This document shows positions 37,028-49,605 of a stretch of DNA of 64,000 nt, in pieces. Source of the stretch: Octopus sinensis (taxonomy: Eukaryota); contig NC_042997.1 of the NCBI RefSeq assembly GCF_006345805.1, positions 110,670,001-110,734,000 on the forward strand, in the 5' to 3' direction. Numbering within the stretch: position 1 is the first letter of the stretch; each line of letters opens with the position of its first letter. The notes beneath the pieces are model-generated. The model saw only the letters and a program-made list of their open reading frames with translations. It did not search any database and was not told the DNA's origin. The position numbers and the translations under genes are program-made.

Positions 37028-37564
37028 CAATGGTTCTTAACCATTTTCTTTCTTACCAATGGACCCCTTGGACTTCCATTTTATTCTGATGCACCTCTGT
37101 TACCATTTGATATTTAAAAAGGCAGTGAGCTGGCAGAACTGTTAGCACGTCAGGCGAAATGCGTAGCCGTATTTCGTCTGCCGTTATGTTCTGAGTTCAA
37201 ATTCCGCCGAGGTCGACTTTGCCTTTCATCCTTTTGGGGTTGATAAACTAAGTACCAGTTACGCACTGGGGGTCAATGTAATCGACTTAATCCGTTTGTC
37301 TGTCCTTGTTTGTCCCCTCTATGTTTAGCCCCTTGTGGGCAATAAAGAAACAGATATTTAAAAACTAGTTTCATAAACACATCTTTTGAAATTCCTAGTT
37401 TGTTTGTCACACATTAAATTGTGTAGGCTAAAAGGGAAAGAAACCTAACCACTTCTTGCAATAAATACATCTAAAACAAAAATTCTGCATGGACACATAA
37501 AATATTACTATTTTGCCTGTGTGGACCCAAAAAATCTTATATGGACCCCAGTTGAGAACCATTG
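37028..37564. mobile_element. hAT/Charlie-like MITE interrupted by a SINE (37121-37352)
   Basis: Ends CAATGGTTCTTAACC / GTTGAGAACCATTG. The SINE is flanked by a 12-bp TSD GATATTTAAAAA (37109-37120, 37353-37364). Confidence 0.65.
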
Positions 37565-37962
37565 GTCTTGTGCACAAAAATAGGAATTCAGACACACACA
37601 CACACATATACACACACACGCAAATGTGTGTGTCTAAAGAGTTAACATAGGGTGAAAAATATATAACAAATGTTTTAATGTGAAAAACATCAGAAAAAGT
37701 GTTACTTTTCAAATGCAGTGTGTAGTAGAGGTATTTTTTTATTGTCACTAGTTCGCTGCTGATGATATTTTCCAGAATGCAAGTATAAATTTATCTGCAT
37801 AAGGAGAGTTACTGAAGATTTCACTTCTGCTATTAAAGCTTTTTTTCTTTTTAAGTTTTTAATTTATTTAAGATGTATGCCATCTCAATCCAGCATAGCT
37901 AGCAGTTCTTAATCCCACTAATGTTTGGCCTTGATTCATCCACGATCTTCTATTTGACACTG

Positions 37963-38350
37963 TGGATGGAAGCACTCCGTCGGTTACGACGACGAGGGTT
38001 CCGGTTGATCCGAATCAACGGAACAGCCTGCTTGTGAAATTAACGTGTAAGTGGCTGAGCACTCCACAGACACGTGTACCCTTAACATAGTTCTCGGGGA
38101 TATTCAGTGTGACACAGAGTGACAAGGCCGGCCTTTTGAAATACAGGTACAACAGAAACAGGAAGTAAGAGTGAGAGAAAGTTGTGGTGAAAGAGTACAG
38201 CAGGGATCACCACCATCCCCTGCCGGAGCCTCGTGGAGCTTTTAGGTGTTTTCGCTCAATAAACACTCACAACGCCCGGTCTGGGAATCGAAACCGCGAT
38301 CCTATGACCGTGAGTCCACTGCCCTAACCACTGGGCCATTGTGCCTCCAC
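37963..38350 (-). mobile_element. tRNA-derived SINE sharing its 3' body with 52490-52810 (+) but with a different middle
   Basis: tRNA-like head at the 38350 end. The shared body GTACCTGTATTTCAAAAGG...GGAACCCTCGTCRTC occurs in both copies. Confidence 0.65.
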
Positions 38351-39294
38351 ATTTGACACTGTAATCCACTCCTTTCTTCAATTTTCAGATATGATTCACT
38401 AGAGTCATTGCAGTTCTGTGTGTTCAAAAGAAGTTTGGTGTTTATGAGATCTTTGCTTGAATTTACCTTCAGTTATATCTTTGTATTTTTTTTTTTAACA
38501 TGGTTGAGGTAACTTTGTCCTCATAAACAACCAATTCTGGGTTACATCCTTGGTTTAAAGTACTCAGTGCCCTTCAAAACAGACTTAATTAATTTGGTAT
38601 TTAGCAGAAAAAATATGAGATTATGACCCTTTTCCATTCCAACCGCTAACAGAAAGTTTAGAACATGCAGTTTGACACACAGACATTGTCTGAGTTAGCA
38701 CACATACGAATGTTGGTCATCACTGCATGTCCACTTTCCACATTGACACAGGTTGAACAAATTGTTGCAGTTAATCATTTATTCAACTGGCAGAATCATT
38801 AGCAGGCTGGCAAAAATGCTGAGTGGTGTTTACATTTTAGGTTCAAATTCCACCAAGGGCCATTTTGCCTTTCATCTTTTCACAGTTGATAAATTAAATA
38901 CCAGTTGAACAAAGGGGTCAATGCAACTGCTGGCCCTGTGCCAAAATTTGAAACTACTGTTCGTCCACTCTACAGTTTGTGCAGGGTACATTTTTTTATT
39001 GCAGAATCACTTCTAGGGGTTGCCCCTTGGGTATGGAGCAGTTTTCATGGTGCTTATTGCCAAGACGGTGTATAATGAAAGGCCTCGTGCTTTTGTTATC
39101 TGAAATTGGCAATAAAAATGGTTAGCAACAACGATTACATAAATAATTCAGAGCAAAATGGAAATGCGTCTTATCTTTGTGGTTGCACGGAGCACAGAGT
39201 AGCTATCTGTTTAAAATGGCTGCTTGCTATCTTGTTAGCTTGTGTACACATGGACAACAATAAATCTAGGAGACAAGTATGTGTTTATATACAT

Positions 39295-39458
39295 AGGCGT
39301 AGGAGTGGCTATGTGGTAAGTAGCTTGCTTACCAACCACATAGTTCTGGGTTCAGTCCCACTGCGTGGCACCTTGGGCAAATGTCTTCTATTATAGCCTT
39401 AGGCCAACCAAAGCCTTGTGAGTGGATTTGGTAGACGGAAGCTAAAAGAAGCCTCTTG

Positions 39459-39532
<74 letters not shown>

Positions 39533-39730
39533 TTGTCCCCCAACATCACTTGACAACCGATGGTGGTGTGTTTAAGTCCCGGTAACTTAGCGGTTCGGCT
39601 AAAGAGACTGATAGAATAAGTACTAGGCTTACAAAGAATAAGTCCTGGGATCGATTTGCTTGACTAAAGATGGTGCTCCAGCATGGCTGCAGTCAAATGA
39701 CTGAAACAAGTAAAAGAACAAAAGAATAAA
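39295..39730 (+). mobile_element. tRNA-derived SINE with CORE-like segment, internal TA/TG microsatellite and (TAAAAGA)n tail; best copy of the most common SINE here
   Basis: A/B boxes (TGTGGTAAG, GGTTCAGTCCC) and GGCACCTTGGGCAA (CORE-like). Other copies: ~1245-1905, 4677-5000, 5290-5660(-), 7385-7750, 8960-9100, 10745-10900, 17330-18470(-), 18845-19280, 20415-20750(-), 44710-45068(-), 59650-60075(-), 61167-63040. Confidence 0.8.
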
Positions 39731-39779
39731 ATACTTGGATATGTGATACGAGGGAGAACACGATGCAGGTTATGTCAGA

Positions 39780-40560
39780 CTCATTAAAAGGATTTTGCAG
39801 TTTCCAAATACCGTTTGGTGATTAAAAACACCCACAAAATATGATTATAAAAATAATTCATAATAAAATTGAAAAAATGCCTTATTTTGTGCAGTGTCTG
39901 GGTATTTTCAGAACCTTGCTTCTTGCTGTTTTTAATGCCTTCAAATGTAGCTAGATGAGCTGAGCATGTGTGCTCTGGTAGTGCTGCATACTTTGATGCC
40001 AGAACTCGCATCAAAACAGTTTTGTATCCAGCAGCATTTCTTCTCAAATGCCTTGAGTGCTGTTGACAGTGTCCCTGGGAGAATCCCATTTCAGCTGTGC
40101 ATTTCCTAATGGTTCGTTTGCAAGAAAATCCTTCTCTAGGGTCTGTTTCCATCAGTTTGTCTTGTTGAATTTTATTAGCATCAAAGGATAGCTTTTGGGT
40201 TTACCATAATACGTCTTTTGTCAAAGTCTGTAAAGTAAAGAGAGATTCACGTCACATTTGGCACTCTCAAAAGAGCATGTGTCTTTGGTGGCAACATGAT
40301 TATCCAATCTGATGCCAGTATTTGGAGCTGAGATGTCTCCAATGCCTTTTGAACTAACCTTTGGTGACAATTAGGGGCAGGTGCAAAGATTGAGCACTAT
40401 AATTATTATTTTTCATGCTGCTAATCCCATACCATTTGATGAATCATAGCTGAGACCTACAATGGTGAGAAATCAAGTAATGGTAACTGTTCCTGACACG
40501 GAATCTCTTGTGGTTGTAGGACTCCATTCTTTGAATCTTTTGTACAGCATTTGGATGTAG
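39780..40560 (-). pseudogene. Possible highly decayed pogo/Tigger-type DDE transposase relic
   Basis: Only scattered weak matches (RLDNH, LQTL, WIQNCFDASSGI) across frames with many stops. Confidence 0.25.
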
Positions 40561-40854
40561 ATGTCAAGACCTTAATTATTCAGGCCTTCCTGCACCCACA
40601 TGTATGTATTTATGTCTGTGTTTGTGTGTGTGTTTATATGTGTATGTACTCAGACATATGAATCTAGAACACACACCTTACTATAAAGGACACAGTATCT
40701 GGTGGTAGCTCGTTACTGAGAGGGATTCCTCATTAAAAGAAACGAGGCAGATTAAAGCGAAATGGATTCTCATCTCTATAGAAAATAGAAAAAAAACAAC
40801 TAATAGATTAGTTGGGAGATGATTGAAGTTTTATATATCATTAAAGTGCATGTA

Positions 40855-40889
<35 letters not shown>

Positions 40890-41645
40890 TGATTTAAACT
40901 AGCAAAATGGTTTTAATATTTTTGTTTTTGCATAAGATTCTTTCTGAAGAGTCTTTTTTTCCAGAAAACAACTTTCCAGTCGAGCAGAGGCTGCAAGGCT
41001 TTCATTTATTTATATATCTATCTATTAAGTTTTATTTTTTTATGTTACCGGCATAAAATGTTTTTCAGGCTAGAACGTCTATTTTCAGTTATATATATAT
41101 AATTTGTTTTTATTTTTAAAATCTCAAAGTTGTTTTCAGACGAAATGGAAATTAATTATTTTTTTCTAACATTAGAGACTTCAGGATTTAAATTAATAAC
41201 TAACATGCATGAAAGTTCATGTGTATAGGTGCTGTGCATTCCTGTATGTGTATGTACACAAATTTTAGTGTGTATGTATGTGTGTGCATGTATATGTATG
41301 ACTTTGTACATGTGGGGTATATTTAAGGGAGTGATTTTTATCATTACCTTGGGTGAAATTTGGTGGAGAGAAGTCTGAGAGAGGCAGTTCTTGTAATTCA
41401 AAGAGTTAGCTTTGTCCCACATTGAGTTCCACAGATTCTGCCTGACAATAATATTTAAAGTTCCACGTGTCTCTAGAACATTCACTTGCAGATGAATTCA
41501 ATGAACAGGTCATTCAGTTGACTGAACAAACGGAGTATTGATCATTAAAGTCAGATTTCCATTGCTTGTGTGTAGAATATATGTGAGTGACGGCTGGTAG
41601 GAATAGTGTAACCAGCCATCACTCACGAGCGAGTACATGCTGAGG

Positions 41646-41956
41646 CAGTGGCGGACTGACCAGGTTGCCGACTCGCCTGATGGCAAGTGACCCCTGTGCC
41701 ATTAGAATCCATATATGGGGGTCCATGTTAGTATCTAAGGGGCTCACCCCCTCAAGTTTGAGAATTTTTTTATTCACTCCTGGAAGAATGCATTAATTAT
41801 TTCAACCCGGCTGTGTTTGTGGACAGTTGAAAAGAAAACTTTTAACAAAAAAAAATTAAATGAAAGCATTGTAGTTGTGGGTGGGCCCCCTTGTAGTTGC
41901 AGGTAATCCCCCTTAGTCTCCTGGCAACCAATATTTTTAGATCCAGTCTGCTGCTG
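41646..41956. mobile_element. hAT-type MITE (311 bp), same family as 21539-21815
   Basis: TIRs CAGTGGCGGACTG / CAGTCTGCTGCTG; 8-bp TSD TGCTGAGG / TGTTGAGG. Confidence 0.8.
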
Positions 41957-42947
41957 TGTTGAGGTATCCGGTCTACCAAGTAGCCATATATGAGAAGCAA
42001 AAATGTCCAAGGAGAGAGAGAAAGAGATATGAAACCCAGTAACACAATGCTGCAACAATAACTTCATTGGAGGGGTTGACAGGGGACCGAGGCTCCTGGT
42101 GGTTTGCTGTGCTAGGAAAGACACCTTGAGCTAAGTAAAAGCATGGTTGTCTTTGCATACAGGCTGGTCCCTGTATCCCTCTCCAACTGAGCATTCCTTA
42201 TCTTGTAGGGGCTGCTGCCATGTAAGGCGGCGAGTTGGCAGAATCGTTAGCATGCCGGGTGAAATGCTTAGCGGTATTTCATCTGCCGTTATGTTCTGAG
42301 TTCAAATTCCGCTGAGGTCGACTTTGCCTTTCATCCTTTCGGGGTCGATTAAATAGGTACCAGTTATGCACTGGGGTCGATATAATTGACTTAATCCGTT
42401 TGTCTGTCTTTGTTTGTCCTCTCTGTGTTTAGCCCCTTGTGGGTAGTAAAGAAATAGGTAAAAAGAACCCATACCAGTACTGCATGAGTGAATGCAGTAC
42501 ACTGTGTAAAGTGGTTGGTGTTAGGAAGGGCAGAGAGCTATAGAAGCCATGCCAAAACAGATGTGGAGCCTGAGCTGGTCTTCAGCTGGCCAGCTCCGGT
42601 CAAACCGTCCAACCCATGCCAGCATGGAAAACGGATGTTAAATGATGATGATGATGATTTTCTTTATGTAATACATTGAATTCTAATCAACTTTCATCAT
42701 TACCATTTAAAGTCTGTTTTCTGTATCAGTTGGATTGTTTGGCAAGCACCAATGGCTAGAGGATTGTACCAATCTCCAAGATTTGCTTTGGCATTATTTG
42801 TACAGTTGGACATCCTTCCTAACATCAGCCACTTTAGAGTGTGCTAGAGGCTTTTTACATGGCACCAAGTAATTTGTAAGACAAGACCCCTCAACTTGGC
42901 TTCTGTCAAACCATCCAAATTATGCCAATGTGGAAAATGGACATTAA

Positions 42948-43168
42948 CCCTTTCATTACCAACCTGGCTGAAACTGTCTCTGGCTCTGTAGTACAAATGC
43001 CTTCTTTTCAAAAGTTCAGAATTAAAATCTTCCACTAAACCTTAGTCACAATTTATGTTCCTAACACTAGCTGAATGATAACTAAGTTATTTTATTAAAT
43101 TCTTTGTTATATTTAAAGTAATTGAAAGAAATACAGAGCATCTCAAAATAAATACAGTGACGAAAGGG
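42948..43168. mobile_element. piggyBac-like MITE inserted in the TTAA of an RTE 3' end
   Basis: TTAA at 42944-42947 and 43169-43172; TIRs CCCTTTCATTAC / GTGACGAAAGGG. Confidence 0.72.
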
Positions 43169-45339
43169 TTAAATGGTGATGATGAAAATAAACTAGAACT
43201 CAATTCCATCCACAGTGCATTGATCAATCAAATACCAAGCTAAAAGACACTTTCTATTTCCTCTCCCTGTTTATTTTTGTGTTCCTTTCTATTGAAGAGC
43301 GTAGGCTTGAAATGTAAAAAACTTTCTCACTTCCTGAGTATTAAACTAATACATCTGCTTGTTGTTTACACACCCATCTTCATCTTTTGTTTTCTTTGTA
43401 AATTCTCGCTAAAAGACATTTAGCCAGGATGCCTTGCAGTCAAATTGAACCTGAAAACACATGACTACTTAACAGACTTCTCAACTACACATCCAGGTTC
43501 ATTCCCACGCAACTAACATATTCACTGGTTAAACTGATTTTAATTATTTTTCAGTATTGATTCTCAATACAAAAATTTTGAAATGACAACAAATATTTGT
43601 CTGAAATAGTGATTAAGTACATTGTCAATTTAGATTGTTTTTAAAGTTAACAATCTATGAAACCCATGGTCACAGATGGGAAACTACTGTCATAGGATGT
43701 CAATATGAAGAAGAAGGCAGGGGCTGGGGTGCATTTTTTTTTTTTTCAAGGTACTGAATTCAATTTGCTATGGCCATGGTTGCTTAAAATTTAACTCTAA
43801 AATAATCTGTTTATATTGATTCATGATATTCAATAGTGTCTCCATTAATGTAATGATTCCTGTGGGTGGAAATGAATGATAGCCCCCACAACAAATCCAG
43901 ATGTTAACAGACAAGCATGGTGACAGGGACAATTTCTATGATGCAATGAAGAATAGTTTTGCATCAGGTGTGACTGTGTGATTAAGAAGTTTGCTTCACA
44001 ACCATTGGTCTTGGGTTCAATTTCAGTGTGGCACTTGGGCAAGTGTCTTTTGTTATATAGCTCTGGGCCGATCAATACCTTTTGATTAACCCATTAAGTC
44101 CCAGGGTACTTAAATTTCTGAATATTGCTTTAAAATTTTTAAAGATGATTGAAAATAGGTTAAAATGAAAAAAATAATTATTAAAATTATGATGGTGATG
44201 ATGATGTTGATATTTTTTTTTCTTTGTGTCTGGAGAAAGTGGCAGGATCCATGGTATTTGTGGCCCTCCAAATTTGCGATCTTATGTCATTGTTTTGTTT
44301 AAACTGTTGGAGGTCAATGTCTGCAGGGAAGAGGAGATTCCAGAGGGGTGATGTTCTAGGGGAAACAGGACTGGGTGTTGTGGTTAGTGTGCAGCCTTGG
44401 TGGGTAGAGGTGGGCACAACAAGAGCAATGAAATGTGGCAAGGTAAATAGGTCAGAAGTGACCTGACTGGAGGAAGTACAAGACCAGTTGCATTTAAGGA
44501 CCATTCTATATAATTTAGACGACACTGAATTATAAAGTGGCATGGGGGACTCCCTCGTTTATCATCTGTGTTCCATGCTGGCATGGGTTGGATGGTTTGT
44601 TAGGATCCAGCTAGAATGAGGGCTCAGTTAGTCTCCAATGTCTCTTTCGCTATGGTTTCTATGACTGGATGCCCTTCCTAGTGCCAGCCACTTCCCAGAG
44701 TATACTTTCTTTTACTTGTTTCTGTCAGTTGACTGTGGCCATACTGGAGCACCTCCTTTGATCAAACAAATCGACTTATTCTTTGTAAGCCTAGTACTTA
44801 TTCTATCAGTCTCTTTTGCCATACTGCTAAATTATGGAGATGTAAACACACTAACATTGGTTGTCAAGCAATGGAGTGGGACATACATACACACACACAC
44901 ACACATATGATGGGCTTTTCTCAGTTTCCATCTGCCAAATCCACTCACAAGGCTTTGATTGGCCTGAGATTATAGTAGAAGACACTTGCCCAAAGTGCCA
45001 CGCAGTGGGACTGAACCTGGAACTATGTGGTTGGGAAGCAAGCTTCTTACCACATAGCCATGCCTCCACCTAGATACTGGATACTTTTTTTTCTTTTTGT
45101 GACCCCACCACTATTTGGGACACCAAGTAACAGACAAGATCCCAAGAAACATTTACCTGAATTTAATCTTCAGAGAATTATGCATAAAAATATAAGCACA
45201 AAATTTACATGATGGGATTATTTTGATGGCAGCACTGGTTTGTCGTCTCTTTGGTAACAACTTGACAGTATCTTTTTCGTCATTATTTTTTCATTTTTAT
45301 TTAACGCAACCAAAACCAGTTGGCTACTGTAAAGTTAGC

Positions 45340-45582
45340 AAAGATTGTTTGTCAACATAACATGGCAGTCCTGGTTTAGGATGAATTTTGCTTTAATTTA
45401 ACCCCAGGAGACATCGTCTCCAGCTAGCTATACAACACAATCTGTGTCTTTATATTTATTTATTTTTTATAAGGACACAGATTGTGTTGTATAGCCAGCT
45501 GGAGACGATGTTTCCTGGGGCTGAATTACAGCAACATTCGTCCTAAACCAGGACTGCCATGTTATGTTGGCAAACAATCTTT
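45340..45582. repeat. ~115-bp-arm palindrome with a 13-nt AT loop (MITE-like foldback)
   Basis: Arms 45340-45454 and 45468-45582 differ by about 10 substitutions, mostly transitions; no clear TSD. Confidence 0.88.
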
Positions 45583-46409
45583 ACTCCAAAGTACTGTTGT
45601 TGAATATCTCTTGTTGTGAGATTTAAAAATAGTAATTTTCTAATTTACAGTGAAGTTGTTCATGAGATATTGTGTTCTGAAACTATTGCCCTATAAAACT
45701 CCTTTTTCTAAGCATTTTAAAATTAACCTTCAACTCTTGAAGTTTACCTTTTAAATCCCTAAAGCTGACATTAACTCTACTGTTCAGATCAGAGTTGGCA
45801 ATAATGCTATTTTCTCTGTCCTTCAGACCAAAGTGACCTATTAACATCACATCTTATCTCTTTAGTAAGTGATCTATTATTGTCAGTGTTCTTTTTCCTT
45901 CCAGTCAAAGTGACCTACAAAGACAACTTCTTATCTCTCTGATAATGCAACTATTTAAACTTACTTTTTTTTTCTTCTCCCTACACTGACCTACTGCCAC
46001 CATTTTTTCTTCCTCTGACCTGCTGGTTATCAAAACCTTGAGGAATTAACAAGAGAAGATTTTTGTTCATTTTATGTCCGTTTTGTACCAATCATTCATT
46101 GTCTTGTGGCTTTGAGATTCCAATAATGTGATTGTTTTTGGAATGACAATGTATGGTAGGTGTGACAGGCCACTTTGAACATAAAACACATGGAATACTC
46201 AGGCCAGACATGGCCTGTTTAACTGCTAAAGGGTTAATGTTATTTGAAGCATGTTTTTTACAGCTGAATGCTCTTCCTGACACTAACCCTTACCCATTTT
46301 TTAAATATGGGATCTGTTATTCCACAAGGCTTTAAAGGCATTAAATGCCTAAATAATTTGTTAGCACAAGTTAACACCACTACCCTCTGCCCTTGCATAC
46401 AAATAAACA

Positions 46410-47094
46410 CATGCACTCACTCTCTCTCACTCTCTTTCACTCTCTTACTCCCTCTCACTCTCTTACTCTCTCTCTATCACTCTCTCTCTATCACTATCTC
46501 TCTCTCACACACTCTCTCTCTCTCACTCTCTCTCTCACTCTCTCTCTCACTCTCTCTCTCACTCTCTCTCATTCTCTCTCTCATTCTCTCACTCATTCTC
46601 TCACTCATTCTCTCACTCATTCTCTCACTCATTCTCTCACTCATTCTCTCACTCATTCTCTCACTCATTCTCTCACTCATTCTCTCACTCATTCTCTCAC
46701 TCATTCTCTCACTCATTCTCTCACTCATTCTCTCACTCATTCTCTCACTCATTCTCTCACTCATTCTCTCACTCATTCTCTCACTCATTCTCTCACTCAT
46801 TCTCTCACTCATTCTCTCACTCATTCTCTCACTCACGCTCTCTCACTCTCTCTCACTCTCTCTCACTCTCTCTCACTCTCTCTCACTCTCTCTCACTCAT
46901 TCTCTCACTCATTCTCTCTCACTCATTCTCTCACTCATTCTCTCACTCATTCTCTCACTCATTCTCTCACTCATTCTCTCACTCATTCTCTCACTCATTC
47001 TCTCACTCACTCTCTCTCACTCATTCTCTCACTCTCTCACTCACTCACTCACTCACTCTCTCTCTTACTCTCTCTCTCTCTCTCACTCACTCAT

Positions 47095-47128
<34 letters not shown>
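46410..47128. repeat. Compound CT-rich microsatellite with 12-bp unit (ATTCTCTCACTC)n, ending in (CA)n
   Basis: Read directly; explains the LILS, SLTH and MSER ORFs in the track. Confidence 0.95.
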
Positions 47129-47130
<2 letters not shown>

Positions 47131-48259
47131 TGGGCTCCTTTTATTTTCTTGTCTACCAAATCCATTCTGAAGATTTTGCTCATCCTGCAACTATACTTTG
47201 AAGATACTTACCTAAGATGCCACACAGAAGACTTGAACCCACAATCTCATTGTTAGGAAGCAAAAACTTTCCTTCCTTGAAATATTTCTGTTGCAGGTGT
47301 TGTGATTTCTATTTAAAGACCTGTGGATGAAACTAACAGAATTGGTTAAATCAACACGAAATTTTCTTGTTTTTTTTTCTCTTGAAGAAATAAAAATATT
47401 TCTAGAATATTTTCTTTGTTTTCTAACAAAGAAAATTATTTTTAGTTTTTAAATTTTGAGATTTTTTTTTAAAGAATGTTTTCATTAATTTAATGTCATT
47501 TTAATTTCCATAGAATGAACAATGGCTTCTTTCCGGCGCCATTTGTTGAATTCCAGAATGGTACTTTGTATTTTCAGGAATTGTCATTTGCATAAAAGAC
47601 ACTGTTTATAAAGGAACACAGAAATTCCAGTCTAACAATGGCACTTGTGAAAGAAGCATTTTTGGAGTCTAAGAATTCTCAGTCTTTGATAATATTTGGT
47701 GCTTGGACAGTTGTCTTGTCGTTAAAATACTAAAACTAAGAATTGAAAAAAAATATCTTAGATCAGAAAATTAAAATCTTATATGGAAAAGTTAGCGCCA
47801 TAGACAAGACACATTTAGAATCTTTTGTTGAAACGCATTTTTCAGATTGAAAAATTGAGATGAAAATAACTTTGTCTGTGGATTTTAGTTTGCCACATTT
47901 TTGGGGAATAATTCTTCATCATTGTTTAACATCTACTTTTCATGCTGGCATGGGTTGGATGGTTTGAGATGGAGCTGGAAGCTGTCCAGACTCAGATTCT
48001 GTTTTGGTATGGTTACTGCGGTTGGATGTCCTTCCTAACACCAACCATTTAACAGGGTCTGCTGGGCGATTTTTTACATGTCACTGGCACAGGTGGGTTT
48101 ATGCAGCACCAGCATGTGTGTGTCTACACAGCGCTGGCATGGGTGCTTTTTGTGTGTCACTGGCACCTGATAGGACAAGCCTCTATGTGTGGAAAACAGC
48201 AATTTTTACTTAGCTTGCCATTTCTTAATCAGGTACAGCAAGTTGCCTCATCTCCTAGT

Positions 48260-49200
48260 CTCGTCATTTCCTCAATGAGGCCCAGCATCTGAAGTTCCTT
48301 CCTCACCACTTTGTCCCATGTCTTCCTGGGTCTACTCCTTCCACAAGTATCCTCCACAATTAGTTTGGTACTCCTTTATGCAGCTGTCCTCATCCATATG
48401 CATCACATGACCAAACCAGCACAGTCATCTCTCTTGCACACATCTAATGCCTCTCATACTCAGTTTTCTGTTTAGATCATTTACACTTTGTTGTGTGTGT
48501 GTGCACACTGACATTACCCATCCAGCAGAGTATGCTAGCTTCATTTCTTTCAAGCCTTCACAAGTCCTCTGTAGTCAAATCTCATGTTTCACTGCCATGT
48601 AGCATAGCTGTACATACACAGGCATCATACAATCTGTCTTTCATTCTGAGGAATAGGCTCTTAGTTACCAACAAAGTTAGATCTCTGAACTTTTCCCAGC
48701 CTGTTCTTATTCTAGCACCTATACTTTCCAAGCTTCCTTCACCACTGATAACTTGGTCTCCTACGTAACAGAAGCTGTCTACTGCTTCTAATGGTCTCCA
48801 CCAAGCATTTGAGGGAGTCTGTTGTTTGTGTACTTTTAGTGCACATTTTAGTGCACATTTGCCACACACAAACACTATTTTTCTTAATTAACCTTCCTGT
48901 GATACTGCTACACCTCTTATGTGTCCAAAGTTTGTACTTTGTCCAGTGTATGGAGTTTCTACCAACTAATTGAGCAGAGCCCAGAATGGTCTTGTGATTT
49001 GTCTGTTTTCCTATTTACTTGGACTTTGATTTTTGCTACATTGTCTCTTAGGTCCTTAGAATCCAGGCCTTGTTCCCACACCGGAAATTTCTTTTCTAGG
49101 TCAGGTAGTGATTCACCTATAAGAACAAGGTCATCAGCTTAGAGGACCTCCTAGGGACATCCAGTTTTGAATTTCTTTGTTCCAGCCTGGAAGACTCTAG
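48260..49200 (-). pseudogene. Older decayed copy of the same RTE-group LINE
   Basis: Stop-containing translation includes (Y>*)ADDLVLIGES near 49120-49142, FCYVGDQV and LYDACVCTAMLHGSET. Confidence 0.8.
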
Positions 49201-49475
49201 GATAATTTTATAAACAGTATTAAAAATAGGAATTCCAGAAGGCTTTAGGGAGCACAAAATGTCAGGTGGACTGTTATTATAATGCTGGCTTGTTATTGCA
49301 ATAACACTGGTCTTCCATCACAATGGCTGGTGCTGGGCCCACCATCACAATAATGCTGACTCTGCCATTGAAATAATACCAAGACTCTTTAGTTTGTTTG
49401 TTCAAAGCTGTTTAATCTTTCTGTTTATTTAGTTCATCTTCAGCTCCTTTTTTTTCTTTTTTTGTTCTTTTCTAG

Positions 49476-49605
49476 TGGTGTCAACTTTCTGGACTTGGTG
49501 CTGCGCCAAGGTGTAATCGACAATCCCCCTAAGACTCCTGTAATCATGGGTTATGAATGTGCCGGAGTCATTGAAGCAATTGGAGAAAAAGTTGAAGGAA
49601 TAAAT
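49476..49605 (+). CDS. VAT1L: Internal coding exon of a synaptic vesicle membrane protein VAT-1-like (MDR/zeta-crystallin family) gene
   Basis: Polypyrimidine tract + AG acceptor (49474-49475) and GTAAGT donor (49606). Phase 2 in, phase 0 out. Translates (C)GVNFLDLVLRQGVIDNPPKTPVIMGYECAGVIEAIGEKVEGIN, closely matching the VAT1L segment as I recall it (CGLNFIDLMVRQGNIDNPPKTPLVPGFECSGIVEA). Flanking exons were not found in the window. Confidence 0.88.

Noticed and set aside
42135-42150. End of VAT1L exon 1 (GTA AAA GCA TG|GT = VKAC)
   Set aside because: In-frame TAA immediately upstream and no upstream similarity.
43286-43319. Additional hammerhead (CTATTGA-A-GAGC-gtag-GCTT-GAAA-TG-TA)
   Set aside because: Topology is suggestive and a related piece lies at ~36306-36420 (-), but the core has two deviations and stem I is 3 A-U pairs; not supportable without a consensus.
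46268-47256. 300-aa, 287-aa and 119-aa ORFs
   Set aside because: Translations of a CT-rich microsatellite.
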